In this document: one piece after another, positions 26,101-38,779 of the stretch | How positions within the stretch are numbered: the stretch's first letter is position 1 | How the letters are laid out: each line of letters opens with the position of its first letter | Assembly: GCA_000004695.1 (NCBI GenBank) | Contig: CM000151.3 | Coordinates: 6,816,001-6,880,000 of the forward strand | DNA: 64,000 bases | Origin: Dictyostelium discoideum | Taxonomy: Eukaryota | Direction: 5' to 3' | The notes under the pieces: generated by a model | The model's input: only the letters and a program-made list of their open reading frames with translations | Told to the model about the DNA's origin: nothing | The model's database searches: none | Program-made: the position numbers and the translations under genes

Positions 26101-26353
26101 TGAATACTTCTATATCTTTTATTTGATTCATGATTTTATCATTTTCATATGCACTCTTTAAGTACAAATTTTCATTTACTTTTAATTTATATATCAACAG
26201 TTGATATTGTTTATGTTTTAACATTGAACCTATTGATGTAATAGTTTTAAATTTTTTACTTTTATGACAACATTTATTTTTTAATATATTATTTAATAAA
26301 TATAAATTTTTAAAAACTTTCCAAAATAATCTTTCATTGTATTCATTATTCAT
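23123..26353 (-). CDS. Paralog C (full length, 1076 aa) of the lineage-specific protein family; tandem duplicate of 18384-21590
   Basis: This is a continuous 1076-aa ORF. It is head-to-tail with paralog B, and the unit length is ~4.74 kb. The N-terminal two-thirds are nearly identical to B. The C-terminal third is mosaic. Confidence 0.85.
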   Translation of the reverse strand: MNNEYNERLFWKVFKNLYLLNNILKNKCCHKSKKFKTITSIGSMLKHKQYQLLIYKLKVNENLYLKSAYENDKIMNQIKDIEVFKEIYSLLLFKGYRDVKNLFDTIWGIKSVDLFDIHLKYHPEELQTYIPSMIKSIFRLNHPKLLMRVLDYYEQYLNDNKPFTLTKIERNYFIMDCISCNGFEDLDNHEEIKEKIKIILNIPISTTSIFRDLCDLEIFSRTDTNVNVRWYLKFQKLLSLGFNNIRTSFYYPAENLGHNIKIPHKPLLPKFEKIRESVRHKDMVSSFCYGFDKCIKEHIEDVKGELEYISTSINSVLLYFKLYYCNYYYGGKSKSIPTSIQTQIDIIIQNNKHRRCTLYQSIKQLFQLLINETESIVLYACYLKEYNEPIDNIEPDEEMIIVLLYFMTKTYNTNILKFLLKKHIKINLKKSELASISRSFLNILFKDNQINKNNINKFNKIYISQKSIIIENIDERLLNNIKSKKEQEDIALGDKQLNSILCSKSSSKWKEITSNLIDNDKIVTIKDKETIDWLSDIETGGGCSILNIRNALHSKLKQMKLDFSTSELLEYARIKFKQVIPILDSNKELCNIHILRTHDDIVSLINRLNQSNFNDNENLFKYYMIQLIQFGSRNSIKYLRLICDSTDEFYSGYDGLGGLVVSIFDYKVIKFFTNSYSYNADVSEDSLGYYQNEEFNKYKIPTQQTCQIINLTKIKVKVNLFQYETSNLFQTFIKLLNFEGVQFILDNLNGKHLELNTEPFQDGFHDRIYTCKYLYKDLIEMIQFLIDKFKDGQLSLSNLSLILNYLFLKLIRVNNLTIDQIKTAHQLISNYIKIDSSKHTSYYYLKTLSPIIESCITIIKDPANGFKKGTPFCGYNIDASVYTFKNIFKNRNNNDLNQFIDSTIIDIVKDGFNMEIFSKMLYNNNNNPRINLFLHYFEMELEKRKTNEIKKPFLDYKLLKLIIKTFDLESFIKLDNLLQKYEIYLRRDIHNVVNGEQEDANDDGEHVNSITKQLDEYGKPLSTNMVEWFGTIIYKDYSDYQDIINHLFNKYKHQLEPYIYYYKLKLLNQNLVKTIS

Positions 26354-26479
26354 TATAATTAATTTTTTTTACTTATTATTGTTTGTTGTTTGTGGGTTTT
26401 TTGAAAAAAAAAAAAAAAAAAAAAAAAAAAGATAAAAAAACGAAAAAAATGTTGCCTGTGCGATTTTAATTGTTCCTTT

Positions 26480-26572
26480 ATTTAAACCATTATAAAAAAG
26501 TTAATTTATTAAAAATAAATAAATAAATAAATAATATCTCAAATCTACTCTCCCTTAGGTGCTGAAAAATAG

Positions 26573-26610
<38 letters not shown>

Positions 26611-27370
26611 AAGAAAGAGAAATTATATGTAATCACTGTTGTGTATTCTTTAGTGCAATAAAATGATGTTTGAGTATCATTAAATTCAAAAGGTATTAAT
26701 TTTTGATATTGTAGATACCAAAGTACATCCACACTTGTATCTACACTTGGAACTATTTTTTCTGAATCTTCAAATATTGAGGTTGACGATATTGGAATAT
26801 TCGATATTATTTTCATCCTTTCTTTAATTTCTTCAATATCGCATCGATATCCTTTTAAAGTTAAATATTTCATAATGAAATAATTTCTTTCATTTTTACT
26901 ATGGTTTATTATGATTGGTGGACTCTTTAAAAAATTTTAAAACCTTTATTATTAATTTTGGATGATTATATAGGATGATTGAATCTATATATCCTGTATT
27001 AATATGGGTTTGTAATTTTTCTGGATGATATTTTAAATGAAAATCAAATAAATCTACCGATTTTGTACCCCAAATCCTATCGAATAAAATAGGATGATAA
27101 CTATCATCTTGATAACCTTTAAAAAGTAATAATGAATATATCTCTTTGAATACTTCTATATCTTTTATTTCATTAATGATTTTATTATTTCTATATGCAC
27201 CCTTAAAATTTATCAACAGTTGATATTGTTTATGTTTTAACATTGAATCTATTGGTGTGATGTTTTTAAATTTTTTACTTTTATGACAACATTTATTTTA
27301 TAATGTATAAATTTAATAAATATTTATTTTTAAAAACTTTCCAAAATAATGATTCATTATATTCATTATA
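26480..27370 (-). pseudogene. Truncated, frame-disrupted copy (psi-D) of the same family. It keeps only the region homologous to N-terminal residues ~1-270.
   Basis: ORF fragments at 26899-27243 (MLKHKQYQLLI...KDIEVFKEIYSLLLFKGY...DLFDFHLKYHPEKLQ) and 26490-26873 (...ISNIPISSTSIFEDSEKI...VLWYLQYQKLIPFEF) align to B/C residues ~45-260. The upstream piece reads MNIMNHYFGKFLKINIY*..NKCCHKSKKFK, with stops and frameshifts. Homology ends abruptly near 26480. Confidence 0.75.
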
Positions 27371-27514
27371 ATTATTTTTTTTGTTTCAAAATTATCAATT
27401 AAAATTAAATGAATAATCTTTGATATAAATTATAACTTTATTTTTATTAAAAAAAAAAATAAAAAATAATAAAAAAAATTTTAAAGTTAAATAGAATTAA
27501 TTTTATTTTTACTG

Positions 27515-27549
<35 letters not shown>

Positions 27550-27697
27550 GTTTTATTTGACTTGTGTGAGACGATAATTTATATGTGAAACTGAGTAAAA
27601 AATAATCAATTGGTAATTTTTAATAAATAGTTTTTATACACAAAAGTTTTATTTTTATTTTTATTTTTATTTTTATTTTTATTTTTATTTTTATTTT

Positions 27698-27729
<32 letters not shown>

Positions 27730-27824
27730 CAGTAAAAACGAGTCTTTTTTTTTTTTAATTTTTTTTTTTTTCGTTTTTTCACAAAACTTCCTTCTCCATC
27801 AATATCAAAAATAATAAAAGTAAA

Positions 27825-28218
27825 ATGGGTAAATTTACATCATCAAAAAAAACCTATAGAGTTGACCCATTAGGATTGAATTTACCAAATAATGGTTTTG
27901 ACAATGAAGAACTCGATACAGCAGATAATCTTAGTGGTATAGTTGCAGGTGGTGTTGTTGGAGCAACAACCGATGGTAATTTAATTATGAATGAAGATTT
28001 ATCACAATCAATTACAGATCCAATCAAATTATTAGATTTAATTTCAAGTTCAGAAACTGTTGAAAGAGATTTTGCATTTAGAACAATCTCTGAATTCGTT
28101 TTAGAGAATGAATCTTTTACTCAAGAATTAATTAAACCTGAAAATATTCGTAAAATTATTACTCGTTTAGTTGAACCAGATGTTCAAATTCGTGTTTCTG
28201 TAATTGGTACTTTTAGGT

Positions 28219-28256
<38 letters not shown>

Positions 28257-30333
28257 TAAATTGTTAATATGACTAATTTTTTAATTAAATATATTTATAT
28301 ACAGAAATTTAACAGTTGTCAAAGAGGATATTTGTGAAACATTAATTAATTTAGATATTCTTACCCCATTATTATCAAATTTTGTTCAAGGTATTAATTT
28401 TATTAAAACATTAAATGAAAAAGATATGAAACAACAAAAATCAATTGAAACTCAACATGTTTTAATTCAAGCAGTTGCATTAATTAATAATTTATGGTAA
28501 TTATTATTTTTAATATATATATTATTATTATATATTATTTATTTCATTTATTAATTTTTAATTTTTTTTTTATTTTTTTAGTGAAGTTTCAGACAAAGGA
28601 TTTTCAATTGTATCAAAAGAATGTAAAAGTATTTTGACAACATTATTTGAAGTTTTAATAAATAATAGTATTTTTATGCCAGAGTTAATAATGAATATAT
28701 CAGAATTTTTAACAGTTGTAACAGATGATAATAATGAATTAAATGCAACCATAAATAATGAATTAATGTTACAATTATTTAATATCATTAAAGATTCAAC
28801 AACAATGAATATTAGATTAAAGACATTAATTTCAACCATCATTTTAAATATTGGTCAATTATATAATAAAGAATTGGTAATTCAAAATATTACACCAATC
28901 TTATTAAGTACTTTCCAATTTAATTCAATTTCAACTTTAAATTCAGATTTATTAAAATCATTAAATAGTGCAAAAGATGCAAAATTAAAATATGATCAAT
29001 TAGTTGCTGAACAAACAGATGATAATAATAATAATAATAATGATGAAAAGATGGGTATGGATGAAAATAGTAATAATAATAATAATGATAATAATATAGA
29101 AGAACCAATTGATGAATCAAAACCAATTACTTCAACAGTTGATGAAACTATTAAAAAAACACCAAAAAATATAATTAAAAATGCAGCTGCTGATTTAGTT
29201 CAAGAATGTGAAAAACAATTTAAAAATCAAAATGAAGAATGGAAAGATTCATTACTCGCTCAACAATCTGCTATTGAATTGTTTGTAAATATTGTATCAG
29301 ATGCTCAACAACAACAACCAGATGACTCAAATCCATATGATGATGATGATGATAAATTCTTGGATATTGAAGATGGTGAAACTGAACAATCTCAACAAAT
29401 TTTATCAAATATTTCTAAATTTATAATTTCAACTCCATTATGTCAATATGTAAATATTAATATATATATATATATATATTATATAGTTATTTTATTTTTA
29501 TTTTCTAATTTTCCTTTTTTTTTTTTTTTTTTTTTTTATTCAGTTAATTGAATTATTAAATAGTATAGTTAATTTTGATTCAACTGAATTTGGAAAATTA
29601 AATATTGAACTTTTACCAAATATTTCATCAATTAGAATTCTTCAAAAAAGAGCAATGACATGTTTATCAAATCTTTTAATTACTTTTATTCCAAAAGAAG
29701 AAAATGTTCAAAAGATTCTTTGGGATCTTTTAATGAAAATTGCAAATAAATCATTTACAACAAATGATATTGATATCATTGAAATGACAACAAGTTCACT
29801 TTGGTCAATTATGAGAACAAATTCAAATATTGGTTTTGTAAGTTTTCTTTCTTTTTAAAAAATATTTATTTAAATTATTATAAATATTAACTTTTTTTCT
29901 TTTTTTTATTTTATATATATATATATAGACAACAGAAATTGAAATTAAAAATTTAGTAGAATTAGCAATTAAATCACCAAATTCAATTAAAACCAATTTA
30001 ATTGGTATTATTGGTATTGCAGGTCAAAAACCATATTGTCAAAATATATTAAAAGAGGTTGCAATGTTTTTATTACAATGTTTAAACAAAGATTTACCAG
30101 CAGATATTATTTCAGAATCTTTAAATTCAATTTTTGATATTTATGCTGAACCAAATGTAAACAATATCGTTAAAGAAGTTTCATTAATTCAACATTTAGA
30201 TGCATTTGTTCCAATAATTAGAAATAAAATTAAAACTGATAAAAAGAAATTAGATAGAGCTTTATTAGATCGTTTAGATGAATCCAGAATTAATTTATCA
30301 AGATTTATTACTTATAAAAAATCTCAAAAATAA
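27825..30333 (+). CDS. HEATR3 / Syo1 (symportin)-like ARM/HEAT-repeat protein; join(27825..28216,28305..28496,28582..29449,29544..29837,29929..30333), ~716 aa
   Basis: Five exons with checked phases. The junctions are TTTAG|GTAAAT -> acag|AAATTTAAC; TTATG|GTAATT -> tttag|TGAAGTT; CAATAT|GTAAAT -> attcag|TTAATTG; GGTTTT|GTAAGT -> atatag|ACAACAG. The N-terminal block ...QIRVSVIGTFRNLTVVKEDICETLINLDILTPLL resembles HEATR3 ...[35 protein letters not shown]. The C-terminus ...DRLDESRINLSRFITYKKSQK resembles HEATR3 ...NVKMNLRRFIAYQETVEK. Confidence 0.6.
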
Positions 30334-30471
30334 AATAAAATAAATTAATAAAATAAATAAATAATTATTAAAGTATTATCACTAAAAATAGATTTATTAT
30401 TCTTAATATATATATATATTTTTTTTTTTTTTAATATTATTTTTTTTTATTATTTATTTTTTTTTTTTATT

Positions 30472-30507
<36 letters not shown>

Positions 30508-30541
30508 TTATTTGTTTTTTATTAATTATTTAAAAAAAAGT

Positions 30542-31303
30542 TTATTCTTCTTGAGATTCTTCTTCACATAAAGTGAATTCATCTTCATTCCAAAAACCTT
30601 TAATGTGGAATTTAAATTCGGAAATTTCATGATTGAAAAGTTTTAAAAGTTGAGATTGTTCTGGTGTGACAGCAACACCGGCTTCACATAAAGTATATTC
30701 TCTATCAACAAAAATAACACCATTCTTTAAAGTTGTTGGTAAACCTAAACCTCTTAAATAAGTTTCCATTGAATGAGTCATACCAACGATTGGACCTTCT
30801 TTAATTGTGATGGTTTCTTCTGAAACAAAACCTGATCTTGGGAAATCTTTTTCTGAATAATTTGTAAAATATTCAAATACTTTATCTTTTGGTTCATTTG
30901 TAAAGAATAAACCACATTCACCTTCAAGATGCTTTTAAAAAAAAAAAAAATAAAATAAAAATAAAAATAAAAGATTAGAATTAAAAATAAATTAGAATAA
31001 AATATAAATAAAAATACATACTTCAGTAAGTTTATGTAAATTTGGTTTTAATTCATCTTCTTCACTTTTACCTAAACCAACGGATAAAACTTTATTTTTA
31101 CCAAAAAGGAATTTACTTGTTGACCATTCTGTTCTAACTGATTTTAATTTATTATTTCTCATATTTTCAAACGTAAACAAATAAATAAATTTATATTGAT
31201 CAACGATATCTTTGATGGTGCTGACTAACTTCTTTTTCTTTTCACCTGGATTCTTTGTAACTTTAGTCATATTAACGACAACATTTCTCTTTGATTTTAC
31301 CAT
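30542..31303 (-). CDS. mrt4: mRNA turnover protein 4 (MRT4/MRTO4; ribosomal P0-like 60S assembly factor); complement(join(30542..30931,31022..31303)), ~223 aa
   Basis: Exon 1 is MVKSKRNVVVNMTKVTKNPGEKKKKLVSTIKD...FENMRNNKLKSVRTEWSTSKFLFGKNKVLSVGLGKSEEDELKPNLHKLTE|GTATGT. Exon 2 is HLEGECGLFFTNEPKDKVFEYF...MTHSMETYLRGLGLPTTLKNGVIFVDREYTLCEAGVAVTPEQSQLLKLFNHEISEFKF...*. It is colinear with human MRTO4. Confidence 0.8.
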
Positions 31304-31372
31304 TTTTCTTTAAATATTTATGAAATTATATATGTACAAAAGAAAATAAAAAAATGATTATTTATAATTTTG

Positions 31373-31406
<34 letters not shown>

Positions 31407-31578
31407 GATGGTTGATTTTTTTTGAAAAAAAAAAAAAATTAAAAAAAAATAAAAATAAAATAAAATAAAAAATCCGAAAAAAAAAAAAAAAACGAGTGAT
31501 AATAACAATGATAAAAATAAATAAATAAAATTTGTTAATAAACTATACTTTTTTTAATATTACTATAAATTTTAATAT

Positions 31579-31609
<31 letters not shown>

Positions 31610-31899
31610 TTAAAAAAAAACTAAATTGTTTTCTTTTTTTTAAATCTTTGTTTATTTTATTTTTTATTTTTTTTTTTTTATTTTTTTATTTTTTTTTTGG
31701 ATGGGAGGGTTACATATTTGATGATATAAAATATTTAAAAGGGGGGTTTATAATGTGATTATTTAATTTTATTTATTTATTTTTACTATTTAATATTTAT
31801 TAATTATAGTGGGGAGGGGAGGGGGTTTGTATTGATATTTTATTATTATTATTATTATTACTTTATTAATTAATTTGATTTAAAATAATTAATTTGAAT

Positions 31900-33048
31900 T
31901 TAATGAATTGAAAATTTACTATGAGCTTCTTTAGCTTTTTTAGCTTCCATTATTGCTGGTACTAAACCATTACTATTACAGGCAGTCTTTAAGAAAGGAT
32001 GATTTAATAAAACTTTTGCTTCAGGTCTATTTTCTACATCTTTATCTAAACATTTCTTTACAAAATCTTTAAAGTCATCTGACCATTTGTTTTGATCTTT
32101 TAAGTCGGGTATACCTTTGGTGGTAATTAAAAAGAGAGCACGAAGTGGTGGGAATGACATATATGGTGGTTCAGATTCTGCCATTTCCATAGCCATAATA
32201 CCCAAACTCCAAATATCAACTTTTCTATCATAGTTTTGACCTCTAATTAACTCTGGTGCCATCCAATATGGTGTACCTACGATTGTAACTCTCTTTTGTT
32301 TGGATTTTGTTAATTGCGCAGCATAACCAAAATCTGCCAATTTAACACTACCATCTGAACCTAATAAAATATTATCACTCTTAATATCTCTATGAATTCT
32401 ATGTTGACTATGAATATATGCAAGACCTTTTAATGTCTAAAATTTTAAAAAAATATTAAAAAATAATAATAAAAAAATTAGTATTTATATAAGTATATAT
32501 TTTTTGAAAAAAATAATCTTTTTTTTTTTTTTTTTTTTTTTACATACTTCAGCACAAACATAAGCAATTTGAGCTTCAACTAATTTGACAGAATTAAATT
32601 GTTCTAAAATTTCAGTTAAACAACCACCACCCATAAATTCCATAGCGACCCAAAGTGAGTCACCAACTAAATAACTGTCGATATAATCAATGATATTTTG
32701 ATGTCTACAAGATTTCATAATACCAATTTCAGTGACTATCAATTTCATATTTTGTTGATTCAATGGCATCTTTTTGATGGCAACCTTGTTGTTTGTCTTT
32801 AATTGAGTGACAACAAATACTTCACCAGCTGCACCTTCACCAATTTTAGTGGAACCTTCACCAAATAATTTGGTTGGATCCTCTTGGCTTACTAAATCGT
32901 ATAATGATACATTGGTTTCATCTGGTAATGGTTGATTGTTCAAGTCGTATTGTTCATCATCATAGGCACCACCACACATCATTTCTTCGAGTTGTTGTTC
33001 TTGTTGTTGTGATAAAATACCTGCTGATTGTTGTTGTGCTGATTGTTG

Positions 33049-33098
<50 letters not shown>

Positions 33099-33743
33099 GT
33101 TGTTGTTGTTGTTGTTGATGATGATGTTGTTGTGGTGGTTGTTGTTGATGGTGGTGTTGTGGTGGTTGATGTGGAGTTGGTTGAAGTTGATTATGTGGTT
33201 GTTTATTTGCATCACGAATTGGTATAGTTGGTGGTTTTGGATTATTTAACATATGTGCAGGTATACCAGATTGTTGCATTTGTTTTTGCATTAATGCTTG
33301 TTGTTCTTGTTGAGCTTGTTGTTGTTGTTGTTGCATATGGAAATCTAAAACATCAATAACTACCTCTGAATGTTCAACAACATCCTCTCTGGTAATACCA
33401 GATGATTGTAATATAACTTCCCATTCTTTTGGTAAACCTTCAAAACCAGTAACACTATGATAATTTACATGAATATTATGTTTAACATTAAATGGTGATC
33501 CAACTGAAAATTCTTTCTTTTCTATAAATTTTTAAAAAATAAAAAGAATAAAAATTGTTAATAATAATAATAAAAAATAAAATAAAAAAAAAAGAAAAGA
33601 AAATTTCTAAAAAATTATAAACATACTATCTTTGTTCTTTTTCTTATTAGTGAAAATTGATAGAAATCCTTTTTTCTCTTCATCTTGTTTATTACCAACG
33701 TTGCTAACAGGTGGGGATGGTGGTGATGTAGTTGCATTTGAAC

Positions 33744-33788
<45 letters not shown>

Positions 33789-34674
33789 TACTATTTGAAA
33801 TACTATCTTTATGTGAATTATTTGGTGAGGTTGCTAATGGAACAGAAATTGGTGGGGTTGGTGTAATTGGTGTGGATGTAGTTGAAATTGGTATGTTACC
33901 ATTTGATGAACCAAGTGATGGTGAGGTTGATCCAGGACTGATAGCTGGAGTTTTTGGACCACCAATGATACTGCCAAGTCCTGCTGGGACAGCTGTTGGT
34001 GCTAATTTCTTTGGTTTATTATTTGGTAATGGTGGTGGTGATGGTATATTGTGTTGTGTATTATTATGTGAAGCTGATGATGGTGATTGTTGTGGTTGTT
34101 GTGATGGTGTTGGTTGTGGTGGTGGTGGTGGTGTTGTACCATTTGCTATATTTATTGGTGAACTAACTTTTCTCATTGGTACTGGATTTGAACTTCCACC
34201 ATTTAATCCATTTGAATGATTTCCATTCATATTTATTGAACTATTGCTATTGCTATTATTATTATTACTACTACTATATCCACTATTTCCACTGCTGCTG
34301 CTAAACCCACTACCACCACTTGTTCCATTGCTATTTATTAAATTTGGTGGTGTACGAGTTGGTGTTGTTGGTCTAACTGGTATTTCTGGTTGTTGTTGTT
34401 GTGGTCTTGGTTGTGTTGGTAATGCTGGTGGGGCTTGTTTATTTACACCTGGTGATGGTAATGGTCTTTTGACTGGTTGTTGTGGTGATGGTGATGGTGA
34501 TGGTGATGGTGATACAAATGAACTTCCTGATGAATTTAATGAACTGGTACCATTGGTTTGTACCCTTTTATTTGGTGGTGGTGGTTTTCTATTTGGTGGG
34601 GGCGATGATTCTGCTTCATTTGATTGTGCTTCAAACTTTTCCCTCATCATGGAAACTCTTTTTGATTGCTCCAT
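31900..34674 (-). CDS. p21-activated kinase (PAK/STE20 family) with Pro/Ser-rich N-terminus, CRIB/PBD and C-terminal kinase domain; complement(join(31900..32436,32548..33521,33627..34674)), ~852 aa
   Basis: Exon 1 is the S/P/N-rich ORF MEQSKRVSMMREKF...PPPNRKPPPP..., ending KNKD A|GTATGT. Exon 2 starts (K)KKEFSVGSPFNVKHNIHVNYHSVTGFEGLPKEWEVIL, which is a CRIB motif. It continues with a poly-Q stretch and then kinase subdomains ...VAIKKMPLNQQN...AEVCAE|GTATGT. Exon 3 is TLKGLAYIHSQHRIHRDIKSDNILLGSDGSVKLADFGYAAQL...GTPYWMAPE...*. The architecture and length resemble Dictyostelium myosin-I heavy-chain kinase (PakB), but the symbol is not asserted. Confidence 0.75.
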
Positions 34675-34984
34675 ATTTTAGTTTTTTTTATTTATTTATG
34701 TGTATATGTGTGTGTATGTGTTTGTAATATGTAAAAGAAACTATTGTGGAGTTTTTTTTTTTTTTTTTTCTTTTTTTTTGTTTTTCTTTTTTTCTTTGTT
34801 TATGAGTTTTGGTGTTGAAATAATCTACAATTATAAGTACAATGGAAGAAAATTATATAATTTCTATTTCTTCTAGTTTTTTGATTTGTTTTGTTTTGTT
34901 TTTCTTTTTTTTTTGTCGTTCTTTATATTTTTAAGACACAAAGTAAATAAAAAAAAATAAAAAAAAACAAAAATAAAATTTTTT

Positions 34985-35019
<35 letters not shown>

Positions 35020-35127
35020 TTTTTGAAAAAAAAAAAAAAAAAGTTGGTTAATAACGCAATAATAAAAAAAAAGAAAAGATAGAAGAAAAAAAAAAACAAA
35101 ATAAAATAATAAGAATAATAATAATAG

Positions 35128-35265
<138 letters not shown>

Positions 35266-35987
35266 ATTATATTGCTATGTATATTTCAATAAATACATCT
35301 ATGTGTGTGTTGAAATTGCAAATTATGAAGGAATTTTAAAATAATTATATATAAAAAAAATAATAATAAAAAAAAATAAAAAGAAAAAAACAATAAATAA
35401 ATAAAATTATAAAAAAAAAAAAAAAAAATAATAAAAAAAAAAAAAAAAAAAAAAAAACACACACACGTACTAATAAACACAATGTGAGGCTATTATTTGA
35501 TTAAACTTTTTGAGTGGTGATATATTTGGATGTGTGGTTGAATTTTTAAAATATAAAAAAATAAAGAAAAAAAGATATTAGATTATTGATTGTCACAAAA
35601 AATCAACATCACTTTCTATACATACTTTTTTTTTTTTTTTTGTTTTTTTTTTATTTTTAAAAATTTTATCTCATAAAAAATAAAAAAAATTAAAAATAAA
35701 AACTTTACTGTTTCTCAATGATAATTTTGTTTATTTTCTATTTTTATTTTTTTTTTATTTTTGTTTTTTTTTTTTTTTCACACAAATCTAGATTTGTGGT
35801 TAAAATTTCTGTTAATTTTTTTTTTTTTTTTTTTTTTTTTTATCTTTATTATTTTAAAAAGTGATGATTTGTTTTGTGAATTTAATTTTTTTCGTTGTTT
35901 AACTATTTTAGAATTTTGATCATTATATTTTTTATTTTTTGCTATTTTTTTTTTTTTGTTATTTTTTTTTTTATTGGAAACAAAACC

Positions 35988-36050
<63 letters not shown>

Positions 36051-36229
36051 TGACAGAAAAAAATAAATAAAAAATAAATAAAAAAAAAAAAAATAAAAAA
36101 AAATAAAGAAAAATAATAAACAAAAAAAAGAAAAAAAGAAATAATGATTATAAATGAAAATAAAATAAAAAAAAACAATGAAAAATAAAAAATTAAATTA
36201 TATAGAATTTTCTAAAATAAATAAACTTA

Positions 36230-36262
<33 letters not shown>

Positions 36263-36514
36263 GTACAAAAAAAAAATATAATTTCTTTTTATATTTGATG
36301 ATTGATATTTAGTAAAATAGTAAATAGATAACTTTTGATAATGATTTCACCTTTGGTCGATTTGTTCTAATCAAATATTGATGTTGGTTGTTGGGGGTGA
36401 TGGTTGAATTGTTACTTTTTGATAATTTATAAAATTTTATTATTACTATCGTTGTTACTTTCGCTGTTTTGATTTATAGTTATTTCTAACCTATTGTGTG
36501 TAATAAATATGTTC

Positions 36515-36547
<33 letters not shown>

Positions 36548-36620
36548 AAAATTTGTGTATATATAAAATATAAAAAAAAAAAAAAAAATATAGAGGGCAA
36601 GTGGTTTAAAAAAAAATTTA

Positions 36621-36665
<45 letters not shown>

Positions 36666-37484
36666 AAAAAATTTTTATTTTAATTTTTTTTTTTTTTTTT
36701 TTTTTTAAAAGTGTTTTTTTGGATTCACATCAGATAATCATTGATTGTCATTGATTCAGATCTTTATTTATTAATTAAAAATTGCCACGTCGTTTGGAAT
36801 TTTTTTTATTTTTTATTTTTTTTTTTTACTAATTTTTCCTATTTTACTACTTTTACTATTTTATTATATTTTTTAAAGTGATCAAAAAAAAAAAAAAAAA
36901 AAAAAAATTTCCTTTCCAGAAATCGAAAATCAATCTAGATTAAAATGCAAAGATTATATGATGATTAAATTTCCAAATTTTAATCGGACATTAAGATATT
37001 TTTTTTTTTTTTTTTTTTTTTTTTTGAACATAAACTAAAACTAATTATGGAAAATCAAATTTTTTGTTTAGGAAGGTTGTTTTTTTTTTTTTTTTTTTTA
37101 TATAAAAAAAAAAAAGGTATTTTTATTATCCAAATTTAGAAACCAAAAATTTATTATAATGCAAAGATTATGCCAAAATCAAAATTTTTCAAATAACACA
37201 TAAAAAAAAAAAAAAAAAAAAAATGAAGTAAAAGGTTACAACAAAAAAAAAAATAAAATAAAAAAATAAAACAAAAAAAATAATAAATGAAAAAAATAAA
37301 AAAAAAAATAAAAAATAAAAAAAGAATAATAGAAATCTTCTTTTATAATTATTGCATTCAAATATTAGAAGAGGTTTTTTATTATTTTTTATTTTTAATT
37401 TTAGTTTTTTTTTTTTTTTATTTCCTTGATTTTGTTTTTATTTTATTTTTATTATTATTATAGTTTTTTTTTTTTTTTTTTAAT

Positions 37485-38741
37485 TTATTGCCCATTATTG
37501 GGGATTTTTTGATCATTTAAAGTTTCTTCGTTGATAGCACCATTGCCACCATTATTATCATTATTAATATTAATATTATTATTATTATTATTATTATCAC
37601 CCACTATATTATCATTTGAGTCAGAGTTTGAACCCATTTTTGAAATTAAAATTAAAAATACAATTATAGCAACCGTTATCATTATTAAATATTTTGGTTT
37701 TGTTTCCTTTATATTACTATTTTTATAAAATAAAATAAATAATAATTAGTTATATTTTTTAAAAATAAATAATAAAAAAGTTATATATATATATATATAT
37801 ATATATATTTAAAAATATTACTTTATAATCTTTGAAATAGGATTTACTGGCCTTTTGTTATATTTATCATAATCATCATCATATATTTTATTATTTCCAT
37901 GAATGTTATTACTTATATTACTATTGGTACCACTGTTTAATTGAATTACAGTATCTTCATGTTCATGTTTTCTACTTGCTAAACCATATGGATTAGAATT
38001 TAAATGTGAAAGTGGTGGTGTTTCTTCTAAAAGTGAAGGATTAATTATATTATTATTATTACTATTATTACTATGATGATGATGATGATGAATGCCATTA
38101 CTCTTTATTGAATCTAAATTTGTATAAAATTCAGGTGATGTTGCATTATTTATATGTGTACCATTAATTCCATTTGTAATTCCATTACTCTTTGGATTAT
38201 TATTATCATTATTATTATTATTACTATTACTATTTTGTTTTTTAAATGATTTTAAATAATCACCAGCCCATGAAGAAACTGAAAATCTATCTCTTATTGA
38301 ATTTGCTAATAGTGATTGTTTATCATTTGATGGTAATATTGGTTCTGGACATTTTGGACATGGGTATGATTCAACTGATGAATTCTGTGGTAATGCTGCT
38401 ACATAAACATCAATACATTCTGGATGATATAAATGATAACATAATAATCTAACTGAATCATCGTTATCGTCAACATCAAATTTACCTTTACAAACACCAC
38501 ATACTGAATCTTCAAATTCACAATCTGTTAACCAACTTACATATGATTTAATATAACACTAAAAATTATTATTTTTTTTTTTTATTTTTTTTTTTTTTAT
38601 AATAATAAATAAAAAAAAATAAAGTTAGTATGTTATAATTTTAAAAATAAAAATAAAAATAAAAATAAAAATAAAAATAAAAATAAAAATAAAAAATAAA
38701 AAATAAATATAAAAGGATGTGTATATATGAAATTTGGTTTT

Positions 38742-38779
<38 letters not shown>

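Noticed and set aside
28570-29126. Minus-strand ORFs (90 aa and 68 aa) within the HEATR3-like gene
   Set aside because: They are antisense to verified exon 3, and the content is low-complexity.
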